Below are positions 49,857-63,113 of a stretch of DNA of 64,000 nt, one piece after another; position 1 is the first letter of the stretch, and each line of letters opens with the position of its first letter. The stretch lies in assembly GCA_963770835.1 (NCBI GenBank), contig CAVYRH010000026.1, positions 384,001 through 448,000 on the forward strand, given 5' to 3'. The position numbers and the translations under genes were made by a program. Below the pieces are notes generated by a model. It did not search any database, was not told the DNA's origin, and saw only the letters and a list, made by a program, of their open reading frames with translations. The DNA comes from an uncultured Pseudomonadota bacterium. GTDB taxonomy: Bacteria > Oederibacteriota > Muellerivitia > Muellerivitales > Muellerivitaceae.

Positions 49857-49889
49857 GCAGCTGACAGTCGGCAGTTCGCAGTTGGCAGG
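49857..49889. repeat. Single heptamer arm
   Basis: CAGCTGA-CAGTCGG-CAGTTCG-CAGTTGG-CAG. Confidence 0.7.
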
Positions 49890-49938
49890 TAAAATTTTTA
49901 AATCCACACCATTTCCACAACAAGATCCGGAGACAGCA

Positions 49939-50535
49939 GTGAACGACCCAAAACCCAACGAAGAACCCGAAATCGAAATCCTCTCCAGCCAACCTGACGC
50001 CTACGACGACGCGGGCAACGCGGCGGTCATCCCGTCCGAGCCCGTCATGCCGGCCCAGGCCCTGGAGGAACTCGAGGAATGGAAGAAAAAGCACGATGAG
50101 CTCAAGGACAGGCTCATGTGGATGGCCGCGGACTTCGACAACTACAAGAAACGGGCCTTGAAGGAAAAAGAGGAGTTCCTTAAATTTTCGCAGGCCTCCC
50201 TCTTGAAAGAGTTCCTGGTGGTGGTCGATAACCTGGAAAGGGCGGTCGGCTCCATCCCGGCGGACGACCAGGACAAGGGGTTTTTATCCCTGAAACAAGG
50301 GGTGGAATTGACCTTGAAGCAGTTCCAATCGGTGCTGGAAAAGCACGGGGTTTCAAAGGTCAAGACGGTGGGCGAGAAGTTCGACCCGCGGTTCCATGAA
50401 GTGATGTTCCAGGAGGAAACGGACAAGTTTCCCGACGAGACGGTGATGGAGGAACTGCAAAGCGGCTACCTGCTGCACGACCGGGTCTTGAGGCCCGCGC
50501 TGGTGAAAGTAGCCAAGAACCATAAAAGCAGTTAA
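49939..50535 (+). CDS. grpE: Nucleotide exchange factor GrpE
   Basis: ADFDNYKKR, VVDNLERA, FDPRFHE, GYLLHDRVLRPALVKV. Confidence 0.95.
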   Translation: MNDPKPNEEPEIEILSSQPDAYDDAGNAAVIPSEPVMPAQALEELEEWKKKHDELKDRLMWMAADFDNYKKRALKEKEEFLKFSQASLLKEFLVVVDNLERAVGSIPADDQDKGFLSLKQGVELTLKQFQSVLEKHGVSKVKTVGEKFDPRFHEVMFQEETDKFPDETVMEELQSGYLLHDRVLRPALVKVAKNHKSS

Positions 50536-50621
50536 CAGCCGGCGGTCGACAGTCGACAGCCAGGCTGGAACGCGCACAATCTTAGGTTTTACTGTCGGCC
50601 GCCGACTGTGGACTGCCGACT
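50528..50621. repeat. Heptamer-arm palindromic element
   Basis: CAGTTAA-CAGCCGG-CGGTCGA-CAGTCGA-CAGC / CTGTCGGCCGCCGACTGTGGACTGCCGAC. Confidence 0.8.
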
Positions 50622-50626
50622 AATGA

Positions 50627-52575
<1,949 letters not shown>

Positions 52576-52577
<2 letters not shown>

Positions 52578-52617
52578 TTCTGAATTCTGAATTCTAAATT
52601 ATGAATTTTGAATTATG
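52576..52617. repeat. Tandem heptamer (AATT(C/A/T)TG)x6
   Basis: AATTCTG AATTCTG AATTCTA AATTATG AATTTTG AATTATG. Confidence 0.8.
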
Positions 52618-52618
52618 G

Positions 52619-52645
52619 AAGGCGGCCGAAAGGCCGCCTTTTTTG
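52619..52645 (+). terminator. Intrinsic terminator after dnaK
   Basis: AAGGCGGCC-GAAA-GGCCGCCTT-TTTT. Confidence 0.88.
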
Positions 52646-52766
52646 TTTGGCCTAAAAAAGCTCCTGGAAACAAATCATTTTAGGAAAAATTGAATGTTAT
52701 AATCCTTCCCTTATTTGAGAACCAAATCCTTTTTCAAGATCCCCGCCTTCGCGGTAAAAGGTTTCT

Positions 52767-53915
52767 ATGCAAAAAAAAATCGCCATCCTGGGTTCAACCG
52801 GCTCCATCGGCGTTTCCGCCCTCGACGTCGTCCAAAAGCTGAAACCCTCCTTCCAAGTGACCGGTCTTACCGCTTACCGCAACGCCAAGGAATTGGCCCG
52901 GCAGATCATAATCTTCAAACCCAAGATGGCCGCCATCATGGACTGGAAGTTTTTTCCCGAGCTGAAGGCCCTCACCAAAGGAACGTCGACCCAGATTTTG
53001 GCGGGGGAAGAAGGTGTGGTGGCGGTGGCGGCGGAATCAGGCGCGGACCTGGTGCTTTCCGCCATCGTGGGCGCGGCGGGGTTGAAGCCCACCCTGGCCG
53101 CCATCCAGAAGGGCAAGGACATCGCCCTAGCCAACAAGGAACCCATGGTCATGGCCGGGGAAGTGGTGACGAAGGCCGCCAAGAAATCGGGCTCCCGGAT
53201 CCTGCCGGTGGACAGCGAGCATTGCGCGATTTTCCAATGCCTGGCCAGCTGCCGCTCGGCCAAGGAAATCTACAAAATCCTTTTGACCGCCTCCGGCGGA
53301 CCCTTCCGCAACCTGGCCAAGAAACTTTTTCCCAAGATCACCCGCAAGGATGCCTTGAACCATCCCACCTGGCGCATGGGCCCCAAGATCACCATCGATT
53401 CTGCCACCCTCATGAACAAGGGACTGGAGGTTATCGAGGCGCATTACTTGTTCAACGCCCCCTTCGAGAAAATCGACATTGTCATTCACCCCGAATCCAT
53501 CATCCATTCCATGGTGGAATTCATCGACGGCTCGGTGCTGGCCCAGTTGGGCACCACCGATATGCGGATTCCCATCCAATACGCCCTCACTTATCCCGAC
53601 CGGGCCGACTCGCCGGTGAACCGGCTGGACCTGGCCCAGATCGGGCGGCTTCATTTTGAAAAGCCCGACCGCGAGAAATTCCCCTGCGTGGACCTGGCCT
53701 ACGAAGCGGGAAAAAAAGGGGGGACCTATCCGGCGGTCTTGAACGCCGCCAATGAGGTGGCGGTTAGCCGCTTTTTAAACGATGAAATTCCGTTTACCCA
53801 AATCCCCAAAATCATCAGCAGGACTTTGCGAAAGTACCGCCCCCTGACAAACGGAACCCTGGATGGTATATTGAAAGCCGACCTTTGGGCCCGCCAGGAA
53901 GCCTCGGCGAAGTAA
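52767..53915 (+). CDS. dxr: 1-deoxy-D-xylulose-5-phosphate reductoisomerase
   Basis: ILGSTGSIG, LANKE, LPVDSEH, HPTWRMGPKITIDSATLMNKGLE. Confidence 0.97.
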   Translation: MQKKIAILGSTGSIGVSALDVVQKLKPSFQVTGLTAYRNAKELARQIIIFKPKMAAIMDWKFFPELKALTKGTSTQILAGEEGVVAVAAESGADLVLSAIVGAAGLKPTLAAIQKGKDIALANKEPMVMAGEVVTKAAKKSGSRILPVDSEHCAIFQCLASCRSAKEIYKILLTASGGPFRNLAKKLFPKITRKDALNHPTWRMGPKITIDSATLMNKGLEVIEAHYLFNAPFEKIDIVIHPESIIHSMVEFIDGSVLAQLGTTDMRIPIQYALTYPDRADSPVNRLDLAQIGRLHFEKPDREKFPCVDLAYEAGKKGGTYPAVLNAANEVAVSRFLNDEIPFTQIPKIISRTLRKYRPLTNGTLDGILKADLWARQEASAK

Positions 53916-53966
53916 GCGCCCCATGGACCTTTCCCGGACGGTTCCGATCACCTAAATGAGGAAAAA

Positions 53967-55331
53967 ATGAACCTTTTAACCTTTCTCGAAGTCATGCTGG
54001 CCTTTTGCTTTATGGTTGCCATCCACGAGTGGGGCCATTTTTTGGCCATGCGCCTAGTGGGCGTGGGAGTTGAGGAGTATTGCCTCTTTTTCCCTCCCCG
54101 GCTGGTTTCCAAAAAGTGGGGGAAGACCCTTTACTCCATCGGTTCCATCCCCTTGGGCGGCTTTTGTAAACCCCAGGGAGGGGATTTGAGCGGGGAATCG
54201 GCCGAGCAAATGTACGCCAAGGCGCCCGAGCCGGGGGATTACCTGGCCGCCTCCTGGTGGAAAAGAATTTTCATCCTTGTGGCCGGCCCCGCCATGAATT
54301 TCATCTCCGCCGTTTTCATCCTTTACTTCATCCTGATCGCCGGCGAGAAAGTCGGAATCGAAAACCCCATCCTGGGTTTTGTGCCGCCGGACAGCCCGGC
54401 TTACACCGCCGGTTTCAAGGAGAACGACCATTTGCTGAAGGTGGACGGAAAGGACATTAAAAACATGTCCACCGACCTGGACGACGCCTATGAAAAAATA
54501 CTCAAGACGCCCGGGGCCTCCACCGTCATCACCGTGGACCGGGGCGGGAAAATGATGGACCTCACCTTAACCGTCGATCCCAAAAAAGAAGATCCGCGAA
54601 AGGCCAAGTTCGGGATGGGGCTTTTCCCGAGCGAACCTCCGGTCATCGGGGACGTACCCTTGGAAACACCTGCTTGGAAAGCCGGCATCCGCCCCGGCGA
54701 CACGGTCTTGAGCGTGAACGGTAAAAAAGTCTCCGAGTGGATGGAACTCACTTACGCCATCAAAAGCACCCCCAACGACGCTATCCAGCTCCAGGTGCTC
54801 CGCAATGGCAAACAATACCCGGTGACCGTCAACCGGATTTACAACGGCGAGGATAGGGTCATCGGCATCGCCCCGAAGGAATCGAGCCAGTTCGAAATCA
54901 AGCGGATGGGCCCCCTGGAAGCGGTGCCCGAGGCTTTTGCCCGCGCCATCGGGTTTTGCGGGATGTACATCGACGTCATCGGCAAGTTGGTGACGGGCAA
55001 GATGGCCCTCAAGGACAACGTCGGAGGGGCGGTCGTCATCCTCCGGACGATGTACCAACAGGCCATGCAAGGCACGGAAAAATTCGCCAAGACGGTGGCC
55101 TCCATTTCCCTCATCCTTTTCCTGATGAACCTCTTACCCTTGGGCATCGTGGACGGCGGCCAGATCCTGCTTTGCCTGGTGGAAGGCATCAAACGGCAGC
55201 CGGTTTCGGTGAAGTTCCAGCAGGTTTACCAGACCGCCGGTGTTGCCCTGGTGGTTTGCTTGATGGGGTTGGCGATTTTCAATGACATCTGGAGTTGGGT
55301 CATGGAAAGTCTCCACCGGCAGATTCCCTGA
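53967..55331 (+). CDS. rseP: RIP metalloprotease RseP (two PDZ domains)
   Basis: HEWGH, PLGGF, AGPAMN, NLLP..VDGG. Confidence 0.93.
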   Translation: MNLLTFLEVMLAFCFMVAIHEWGHFLAMRLVGVGVEEYCLFFPPRLVSKKWGKTLYSIGSIPLGGFCKPQGGDLSGESAEQMYAKAPEPGDYLAASWWKRIFILVAGPAMNFISAVFILYFILIAGEKVGIENPILGFVPPDSPAYTAGFKENDHLLKVDGKDIKNMSTDLDDAYEKILKTPGASTVITVDRGGKMMDLTLTVDPKKEDPRKAKFGMGLFPSEPPVIGDVPLETPAWKAGIRPGDTVLSVNGKKVSEWMELTYAIKSTPNDAIQLQVLRNGKQYPVTVNRIYNGEDRVIGIAPKESSQFEIKRMGPLEAVPEAFARAIGFCGMYIDVIGKLVTGKMALKDNVGGAVVILRTMYQQAMQGTEKFAKTVASISLILFLMNLLPLGIVDGGQILLCLVEGIKRQPVSVKFQQVYQTAGVALVVCLMGLAIFNDIWSWVMESLHRQIP

Positions 55332-55438
55332 AGGCCTTTTGTTTTTCCGTTGAAGAGCCGATAGATCAAAAATTAAATTTCCGACCGTCGCATTTCAGCT
55401 GTTGTTTTCAAAGAATTCCCCGCCCAAGGGAGGCGATT

Positions 55439-56611
55439 TTGAAACTTCACGAATACCAGGCCAAGGAGATATTCGCCAAATACGGGCTGCCCGTCACGCC
55501 CGGCGTGGTGGTGAAGCACCTTTCCGAAGTCGATGAGGCCCTGAAGCGGTTCCCCGACGCCCCTTGGGTGGTGAAGGCCCAGATCCACGCGGGAGGCCGG
55601 GGCAAGGCCGGCGGCGTGAAGCTGGCGAAGAACGAAACCGAACTGCGGCAGAAGGCCAGCGACATCCTGGGCATGACGCTCATTTCCCCCCAAACCGGCC
55701 CCCAGGGCAAGCTGGTCAAGAAAATCTTCATCACCCCCGCCTTGGATTATGTGAAGGAACTTTACGTGAGCGTGGTTTTGGACCGCGCCCGCCAATGCCC
55801 GGTCATCCTAGCCTCTTCCGAGGGCGGCACCGAAATCGAGGAATTGGCCGCCCACAAGCCCCAAGCCATCCAAAAGATGGCCGTGGACCCGCTCTTGGGC
55901 CTCCAACCCTACCAGGCCCGGCAGCTCCACCTGAACCTGGGCCTCTCCCGCGACAAGATCAACCAGGGCGCGAAGATCTTCCAGGACCTGGTCAAGATGT
56001 TCCTGGAACTGGACCTTTCCCTAGTGGAGGTGAACCCGCTCGTGACGCTCAAGGACGGGAGCCTCCACTGCCTGGACGCCAAGCTGGCCTTCGAGGACAA
56101 CGGCCTGGCGCGGCACAAGGAATACGCCGAGTGGCGCGACCCGGACGAGGAGGACGCGCGGGAACTGGAGGCCGCGGGCCACGGGCTTTCCTACATCTCC
56201 CTCGACGGCAACATCGGCTGCCTGGTCAACGGCGCAGGGCTGGCCATGGCCACCGCCGACGCCATCCAGCACTTCGGCGGCTCGCCCGCCAACTTCCTGG
56301 ACGTGGGCGGCGGCGCCACGGCCAAGGCGGTCACCCAGGCCCTCAAGATCATCCTTTCCGACAGCCGGGTGAAGGCCATCCTGGTCAACATCTTCGGCGG
56401 CATCATGAAATGCGACGTTATCGCCCAGGGCATCATCGAGGCGGCCAAGGAAGTGGGGCTGTCGCTGCCCCTGGTCATACGCCTGGAAGGCACCAACGTG
56501 GAGCAGGGCAAGAAGCTCCTTTCCCAGTCGATCCTGAAATACCAATTCGCCTCCAGCATGGATTCGGCCGCCAAAACGGTGGTGGCCGCGGCCAAGGAGG
56601 TGGGCTCATGA
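55439..56611 (+). CDS. sucC: Succinyl-CoA synthetase beta subunit
   Basis: [42 protein letters not shown]. Confidence 0.96.
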   Translation: MKLHEYQAKEIFAKYGLPVTPGVVVKHLSEVDEALKRFPDAPWVVKAQIHAGGRGKAGGVKLAKNETELRQKASDILGMTLISPQTGPQGKLVKKIFITPALDYVKELYVSVVLDRARQCPVILASSEGGTEIEELAAHKPQAIQKMAVDPLLGLQPYQARQLHLNLGLSRDKINQGAKIFQDLVKMFLELDLSLVEVNPLVTLKDGSLHCLDAKLAFEDNGLARHKEYAEWRDPDEEDARELEAAGHGLSYISLDGNIGCLVNGAGLAMATADAIQHFGGSPANFLDVGGGATAKAVTQALKIILSDSRVKAILVNIFGGIMKCDVIAQGIIEAAKEVGLSLPLVIRLEGTNVEQGKKLLSQSILKYQFASSMDSAAKTVVAAAKEVGS

Positions 56612-57519
56612 GCATCTATCTCGATAAAAGCGCGCGGGTTATCTGCCAGGGCATCACGGGCTCGGCCGGGCTTTTCCACTCCAAGGCCTGCCGGGACTAC
56701 GGCACGAAGATGGTGGGCGGAGTGACGCCGGGCAAGGGCGGCACCGAGATCGAGGGGTTCAAGGTTTACGACACAGTGGAGGAGGTGGTGGGCAAGACCG
56801 GCGCCAACACCACCATGATTTTCGTGCCGGCGCTTTTCGCCGCCGACGCCATCCTGGAAGCCGCCGCCGCGGGCATCAAGCTTATCGTCGCCATCACCGA
56901 GGGCATTCCCGCCAACGACATGGCGCGCGTGCGGGCGGTCCTCAAGCGTTACTCCGATGTGCGCTTGATCGGCCCCAATTGCCCGGGCATCATCACGCCG
57001 GGCGTGGCCAAGGTGGGCATCATGCCGGGCTATATCCACAAGCCCGGGAAGATCGGCATCGTTTCGCGCTCCGGGACCCTCACCTATGAGGCGGTCTGGC
57101 AGGTGACCCAGTTGAAACTCGGCCAGTCCACCTGCATCGGCATCGGGGGCGACCCCATCGTCGGGACCACCCACCTGGACACGCTGGAAGCCTTCAACGC
57201 GGACAAGGCCACCCAAGCCGTCATCATGATCGGTGAAATCGGCGGAACGGCCGAGGAGGAAGCGGCCCAATACGTGAAAAAATACATGAAGAAACCCGTG
57301 GCCGCCTTCATTGCCGGCACGACGGCCCCGCCGGGCAAGCGCATGGGCCACGCCGGCGCCATCGTCTCCGGCGGCAAGGGAACGGCCAAGGAAAAGATCG
57401 CGGCCCTGGAAGCGGCCGGCATCGTGGTGGCGCAAAGCCCCGGCGAGATCGGCAACGCCCTGGTGGAAGCCCTTAAGGGCAAAAAAGGGAAGAAAAAGGC
57501 GAAGGCCAAAAAGAAGTAA
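56608..57519 (+). CDS. sucD: Succinyl-CoA synthetase alpha subunit
   Basis: [29 protein letters not shown]. Confidence 0.96.
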   Translation: MSIYLDKSARVICQGITGSAGLFHSKACRDYGTKMVGGVTPGKGGTEIEGFKVYDTVEEVVGKTGANTTMIFVPALFAADAILEAAAAGIKLIVAITEGIPANDMARVRAVLKRYSDVRLIGPNCPGIITPGVAKVGIMPGYIHKPGKIGIVSRSGTLTYEAVWQVTQLKLGQSTCIGIGGDPIVGTTHLDTLEAFNADKATQAVIMIGEIGGTAEEEAAQYVKKYMKKPVAAFIAGTTAPPGKRMGHAGAIVSGGKGTAKEKIAALEAAGIVVAQSPGEIGNALVEALKGKKGKKKAKAKKK

Positions 57520-57621
57520 GCCGCGCCGAAAAATGAGGCCTATGCGCCCCCCCTATCAACTAAACTTCGCGGCGGCGGTTTCCCCTCCTTCCCGACACCC
57601 GGGGCTTTTCCCTATGGGTTC

Positions 57622-60189
57622 ATGGCCCCGTTGAACCATTCCAAAAGTTCTTCCCGACGACCCCGGGTTTCCCGTAAATCCTCCCGGCCCAACCCCCAAG
57701 GGTGGAAACCCGTATTTCTGGCCGTTGGCCTGGCCGCCCTAGGGCAATTCTTCCTCGCTTGTTCCGGGTCCACCTGGACCCTGCCATTGGGAGCGGCTTT
57801 TTTCCTGGCGGCGGGCGTGATTTGGGCCCGGGCCCTCGGCGGAAATCTTGGGGATGAAAAATCCGAACCGCCACTGCCCATCCACCGGGAAGCCACCATC
57901 CTGTTTTTCATCCTCCTGTTGGCGGCTTTTTTCCGGTTCTACCGGATGGACGAATTCCCGCCCGGCCTTTTCCTGGACGCTTCCAATATCGGCCTGGGCG
58001 GGTTGAGGGTGCTTCACGAGGGATGGCGCCCGGTCCATGAGACCGATTTCACGACCTTAGGCGGGCTTTACTACTATGTTTCCGCCATCTGGTTCAGCTT
58101 CTTCCCGCCGACCCAGCACTTCCTGGTGCTGTTTTTCACCCTCACCTCGCTTTTCATCCTTCCGTGGATCTATTGGGCTTTCCGCGAACTCTCGGGCCCC
58201 CGGAGGGCCCTCCTGGCCCTTTTCATCCTGGCGGTGGCGCGATGGGAAGTCGCCTATAGCCGCTGGGCCTTCCTCGTTTTTTTCATGGAACTTTTCGTTT
58301 TCGGCTCCCTCGCCTTCTGGCTGGCGGGGCTGCGGACGGGTAAAAAAATTTATTTTGCGGCGGCCGGTGTCTTCGGGGCGCTGGGCCTCTACACCTACCA
58401 CGGTTACAAGGTCTTCCTGGTTTTGGCCCTGGCCTGCGGAATTTATGAGGGGTGGAACCATCGCGCATTGGCGCGGAAGCAATGGAAGGCCTGGGCGCTC
58501 ATGGCGGCCCTGTTCCTACTGGTGGCCGCGCCGCTCCTGGCCCATTGGGTGAAGCAGGGAACCGTCGGTTCCTACGAGATGTCCCTTTTCATCGGCCAGC
58601 GGGTCGCGCAGGAAAAAAGCCTCGCGCCCCTTTTTCAAAGCGCGGCCCAGACCTTCCTCATCTTCAACCGCGAGGGCGACCCCTTCGCCCTCCATAATTT
58701 TCAATCCCACCGGATGCTGGACGACCTCACGGGAATCCTTTGGATTTTGGGGTTGGCCCTGGCCCTTTCGCGTTGGAGGGAAAGGAAATCTTTTTACACC
58801 ATGGCGGGTTTGGGCATCCTCAGCCTCAACAGCCTCCTGACCGTAGACGCGGTCAACGCCAACCGGATGCTGGCCACCCTGCCCTTCGTCGCATTATTGG
58901 CGGCGTCAGCCTTCCAAACCCTGGCGTCGGTTTGGGAGAAGGTTGGATGGAAAAAATCGCTTGGTTTGGCCCTGTCGGTCGCCCTTGGGGCCGCCGTGGT
59001 TTTCCAGAATTTTCACCAGTATTTCGGCCTCCAGGCGAAAGACCCGGTGAACTTCCTGGAGTTCGACGCGGCCGCGACGGATGTGGGAAAAAGGATCGCT
59101 TCGGACCCCCAAACCCAGTATTACCTTCCCTTCCGGTACGGCTACCATTACACCCTCCGTTTTTTGGATTATTTCCACACGGGGGATTACCGCAATTGGG
59201 ACTGGCCCAAGGACCTAGCCCTGGCCGAGGTCCCACCCGGCAAAAAAAGCGTCTGTTTCGTCCTGAGGGAAGGGGAGGAAGGCATCCTCCGGCTTTTGGA
59301 ATCCCTTTATCCCGCCTGCCAAACGGAGACCGTCCGCGACCGGCAGGGGGTTCCCATGATTTTTTACGCGCGGATTCCGGCGGACCCCTTCCTCGCCTCC
59401 CGTGGATTGGTAATGACTTCCGCTTCGGGCCTCCACCGCACCTGCCCGGACTTCCCGGGGGATTTGCCAAAGGGCCCTTTCCGGGGTTCACTGGAGGGAC
59501 AGATGTTCCTCCAACAAAGCGGCATCCACCGCTTTTGGGCGGACGCTACCCGGAAAACCGCCTGGAAGGTGGATGGGAAAAGCTTCGGAAACAAGGGCGC
59601 CCTTTTCCTGGAGCGGGGCTTTCACGACATGAAGGTGGAGCTCCAAACGGCGGATGCCTCGAAAGTCCGCCTTTTCGCCGAAGAACCGGAAGGCGGATTG
59701 GTTTCCCTCGACTCCAGCCGCCTGACCCAGCTTCCGTTGAACCGCGGGCTGGAGGCAAGCTATTTCCAGCCGCAAGCCTCCGGCCCAACCCCGGTTTATC
59801 GCCAGTGGGACCCGATGGTGAATTTCGTCAGCCGGACCGACCTGGCGCTTTTCACGGCACCCCTGAATGTCCGCTGGCGGGGGCGGGTTTTAGCGCCGGC
59901 CCTGGGGCGTTATGATTTTTTGGTGCTGACCGAGCCCGGGGACAAGGCCCAACTGGCGTTGGACGGAAAAATTTTAGCCGGTCCTTCCCCTTCACCCGCG
60001 GCCTCCGCCGTCTTAAGCCGGGGTTGGCACAAGCTGGACCTGGAATTCCAAATGGGAGGAGATTTTTTATCCGCCGTCAACCTGGCCTGGAAGAAACCGG
60101 GAGACATGAAGTATGAAATTATCCCGCCCCAGGATTTCGGGCCGGTGGAGGCAATCCCCGATACGGCGGAAAACGGCGCAAACCCCTAG
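57622..60189 (+). CDS. GT-C (family 39/PMT-like) membrane glycosyltransferase with C-terminal PA14 domains
   Basis: [18 protein letters not shown], many TM helices, GLEASYF...VRWRG...GWHKLDLEF...LAWKKPG. Confidence 0.78.
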   Translation: MAPLNHSKSSSRRPRVSRKSSRPNPQGWKPVFLAVGLAALGQFFLACSGSTWTLPLGAAFFLAAGVIWARALGGNLGDEKSEPPLPIHREATILFFILLLAAFFRFYRMDEFPPGLFLDASNIGLGGLRVLHEGWRPVHETDFTTLGGLYYYVSAIWFSFFPPTQHFLVLFFTLTSLFILPWIYWAFRELSGPRRALLALFILAVARWEVAYSRWAFLVFFMELFVFGSLAFWLAGLRTGKKIYFAAAGVFGALGLYTYHGYKVFLVLALACGIYEGWNHRALARKQWKAWALMAALFLLVAAPLLAHWVKQGTVGSYEMSLFIGQRVAQEKSLAPLFQSAAQTFLIFNREGDPFALHNFQSHRMLDDLTGILWILGLALALSRWRERKSFYTMAGLGILSLNSLLTVDAVNANRMLATLPFVALLAASAFQTLASVWEKVGWKKSLGLALSVALGAAVVFQNFHQYFGLQAKDPVNFLEFDAAATDVGKRIASDPQTQYYLPFRYGYHYTLRFLDYFHTGDYRNWDWPKDLALAEVPPGKKSVCFVLREGEEGILRLLESLYPACQTETVRDRQGVPMIFYARIPADPFLASRGLVMTSASGLHRTCPDFPGDLPKGPFRGSLEGQMFLQQSGIHRFWADATRKTAWKVDGKSFGNKGALFLERGFHDMKVELQTADASKVRLFAEEPEGGLVSLDSSRLTQLPLNRGLEASYFQPQASGPTPVYRQWDPMVNFVSRTDLALFTAPLNVRWRGRVLAPALGRYDFLVLTEPGDKAQLALDGKILAGPSPSPAASAVLSRGWHKLDLEFQMGGDFLSAVNLAWKKPGDMKYEIIPPQDFGPVEAIPDTAENGANP

Positions 60190-60237
60190 AGCCATCGTTC
60201 AGTGATGTATCAGTTTCGCCTTATAGAAAGCCTTCGA

Positions 60238-60324
60238 CACCCCTCACCCTACCCTCTCCCGCAAGGGGCGAGGGTTTCCGCTAGATTCCCCCTCTCCCTT
60301 GACGGGAGAGGGCGGGGTGAGGGA
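60238..60324. repeat. CCCTCTCCC-type REP-like double hairpin
   Basis: CACCCCTCACCCTACCCTCTCCC-GCAA-GGGGCGAGGG ... CCCCTCTCCCTTGACGGGAGAGGGCGGGGTGAGGG; same family as 18911-19062. Confidence 0.8.
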
Positions 60325-60373
60325 TGAAATAAGGTTCATTCATTAAAACTGAGAAACTACGTATTGAACGCCG

Positions 60374-61270
60374 CTAGTGCCAATTCCCATTCAACATGGA
60401 AAGGATGATGAAATTGGCCTGGGGGCCCCAAATCCTCTCGTCGGTGCTGTTGAACACCGCGAAGGTCCTCAGGCCGCAAGCCGAAGCCAGTTGGGTGACG
60501 CCGCTGTCGTTCCCCAGGTAGGCCGCCGATTTGGAAAAAACCCCCGCCAAATCCTGCAAGGGAAGGATTTCCGGCAGGACTTTCACGTGATTCATTCCGG
60601 AGAAAGATTCCTTGACGGCGCCCAGGTTTTTTTCCTCCGCTTCCCCCCAAACCACCAGGACCTGTTTGCCCGCCTCGGCCCCCGCCCTTTCGGCGGCGTT
60701 CCGAAAAAAAGTGAGGGGCGCGTTTTTGGAAGGACTGCCGCTGCCCGGATGGATGACCAGGGGCGCCGCGGCTCCCAAGGACTCCAGGATTTCCACGCCC
60801 TTTTGCCGCAGTCTGTCGTCGATTCGCAGCTTGGCTTGGCGAAAAGGGGAGTCGGACGAAAGGGGACAGTCGAAGGCGGTTTCCAGCCAATATTCCGCCG
60901 CCCAGCGAGCTTCCCTCAAGAACTCCTCGAAGGGCTTCGCGGGGGAATGAACCTGGACCCCGGAAAGGGCCACCAGTTTTTCCAGGAGGGCCCCGTCCTT
61001 TTCCTTGAAGAAAAGATAGATGTGATGGAACCGCGCGAGAAAGGCCCGGCGGGTGGAATCCAGCGGCGAAGCGGAAAGAAGGGATTGGAGAAGGGGCTCC
61101 AGGGGGACGACTTCACCGATCCCCAAAAGTTGGGCCCCCAAGGAAAGGTAAGGGGAGGTCCCGGCAAGGGTAACTTCCGAGCGGGACTGCAGTAGTCTTA
61201 AGGCTGGGAGTGTCAGAAGTGAGTCACCCAAACTGCCGGCGGCCAGGACCAATGTCGCCTGTTTTTCCAT
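60374..61270 (-). CDS. Glycosyltransferase family 9 (heptosyltransferase-like)
   Basis: GSLGDSLLTLPAL, IHPGSGS..K, GNDSGVTQLA. Confidence 0.88.
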   Translation of the reverse strand: MEKQATLVLAAGSLGDSLLTLPALRLLQSRSEVTLAGTSPYLSLGAQLLGIGEVVPLEPLLQSLLSASPLDSTRRAFLARFHHIYLFFKEKDGALLEKLVALSGVQVHSPAKPFEEFLREARWAAEYWLETAFDCPLSSDSPFRQAKLRIDDRLRQKGVEILESLGAAAPLVIHPGSGSPSKNAPLTFFRNAAERAGAEAGKQVLVVWGEAEEKNLGAVKESFSGMNHVKVLPEILPLQDLAGVFSKSAAYLGNDSGVTQLASACGLRTFAVFNSTDERIWGPQANFIILSMLNGNWH

Positions 61271-61322
61271 GTGGGCATTATAAACGCTTTTATGTGGGTG
61301 GATATTGAACCACATCAAAATT

Positions 61323-61335
61323 AAAAGCGCTTTCG
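61323..61335. promoter_or_regulatory. Candidate LacI-family operator upstream of GH5
   Basis: AAAAGCGCTTTCG palindrome, similar to 25553-25565. Confidence 0.4.
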
Positions 61336-61434
61336 CGTGTTGGCGACGTCCTTTTTAGTTCGTTTTAACGGCCCTTCGTGGCATAGTTTCTGCTCTATTT
61401 CTTGATACACTTCGACTAGGTCCGGGTTTTCACT

Positions 61435-62983
61435 TTGATTTTTTGGGAGAAACTGTTGAATCGATTGAAGGAAAAGTTTTATCTGGGGGATTACTTTACC
61501 CGCCTCCTTGGTTGGGGGGCCTGCGCGGCCCTATTGGCGTTGGGCGACGCCCCGGCCTGGGGAGCCCCGCCTCCCCTAATGGTATCAGGGAGCCAGATCG
61601 TCACCAATTCGGGTTGCACGGTGATGCTGAAGGGTGTGGACGTGGACGGTTTGGAATTCTCCAACAACGGTTTTTCGGGAAGTTGGCCGGGCAGCCTCTT
61701 AAGCGTGGCTCAGGAAGCCGTCACGGGTTGGGGTTGCAATATCATTCGCCTCCCCCTGGACCAGGACTGGTGGTTCGGCTGCTCGAACAGCCGCGGGGCG
61801 CCTTCCAGCAGCGCGGCCTACCAAAGCATCGTCAGCAGCATCGTCCAATTTTGCAGCAACAACAACGCCTACGTCATCTTGGACTTGCATTGGTCTGGTA
61901 CATCCAGCGCCACCACATTCACCAGCCCCTGCAGTGGGGCAGGATGGGGCACGGCCAATGGCCAACAAGAGATGCCGGATGCCAACGCCGTCACTTTTTG
62001 GCAGTCGGTGGCTTCCGATTACGGGAACAACCCCGCTGTCTTATTCGATGTTTACAATGAACCCAACGGGGCTTTGTTTCCCATTTGGCAGGGGGGAGGG
62101 TCCACCGGCGGAACACCGGCTTGGACACCCGGCATGCAAGCTCTTGTCAACGACATCCGCTCCGCGCTTGGAGGAGGGGTTTCGAATGTTTGCATCGTCG
62201 GCGGATTGAATTACGCCAAGGATTACAGCGGATTTGCCTCTTATCCTGTCACTGGAGCCAACGTCGCTTACGCGGCCCATTTATATGGTAACCAGGTCGG
62301 GGATACCATTCCAAGCTGGACCGGTTATGTGGCCCCGGTCACCAGTCACGGGCCAATTTTCATCGGTGAGTTCGCTCCTAGCACTTCCTGCGGTACGGAT
62401 GTTCCCGCCTACGATACGAACATGTTCAATTGGATCGGGAGTCCGGGCATCTCGGGAGGCACGGCCTGGTCCATGACCTCGAGCTCCTGTCCTAACCTTT
62501 ATACCGGAAATTTCGTCCCCAATCCCTGGGGAGCTGCCGTGACCGCCTGGCTGGCCACGCCGCCTCCCAATTGCATCTACCCGCACCCCCACGCCGACAC
62601 CCACTTTCACTCCCTGCGGTTATCCGGGGAATACCTGCACCCCGACCAACACTCCCACGGTTACGAATACTCCTACGGCCACTCCCACCTTCAACCCTAA
62701 CAACAATATCCTCTTCCCGAACCCCTGGAATGGGAACTCGCCGCTGTACATTTATCACACCATCACCACACCGGCTGACAAAGTGAACATCAAGGTTTTT
62801 ACCATTAGCTTCCGGAAAGTAGCCGAAATCGACGGCTATCCCTCGGCTGTAGGCCAGCCCACCTATTACATCTTCTGGAACCAGATGAACAACCCGGCCA
62901 ACGGGCTCTATTACGTGGTAATTGAAGAAAACCGGGGCCACAAGCAGACCCAAACGGTCTTAAAGCTCCTCGTCCGCCGGTAA
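61435..62983 (+). CDS. GH5 cellulase-family glycoside hydrolase with Thr-Pro linker and FlgD/T9SS-CTD-like domain (frameshift near 62583)
   Basis: LKGV, WGCNIIRLPL, ILDLHW, FDVYNEP (acid/base), PIFIGEF (nucleophile). The alternate frame continues TPTPTPT...LFPNPW...KVFTISFRKV...ANGLYY. Confidence 0.85.
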
Positions 62984-63113
62984 AAAACGACCACCGGCAT
63001 CTTGAAAAAATTTCCAGACAAAAGCACTTTTATGATGTTGGCCCTGATTGACTCCAGGTCAGGGGGTATAATTCCCAATAAAGCGCGCCTTTACTGACAG
63101 GGAATCCAAAACG

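Noticed and set aside
46125..50621. Repeated CAGTCGA units as a CRISPR array
   Set aside because: No constant repeat with unique spacers and no cas genes; these are dispersed palindromes.
55564..56607. 651-aa N-terminally extended SucD
   Set aside because: The extension overlaps sucC out of frame; the true start is the ATG at 56608, coupled to the sucC stop.
63048..63072. TTGACT/TATAAT sigma70 promoter pair
   Set aside because: Spacer is only 13 bp; the -10 may be real but this pairing is unsupported.
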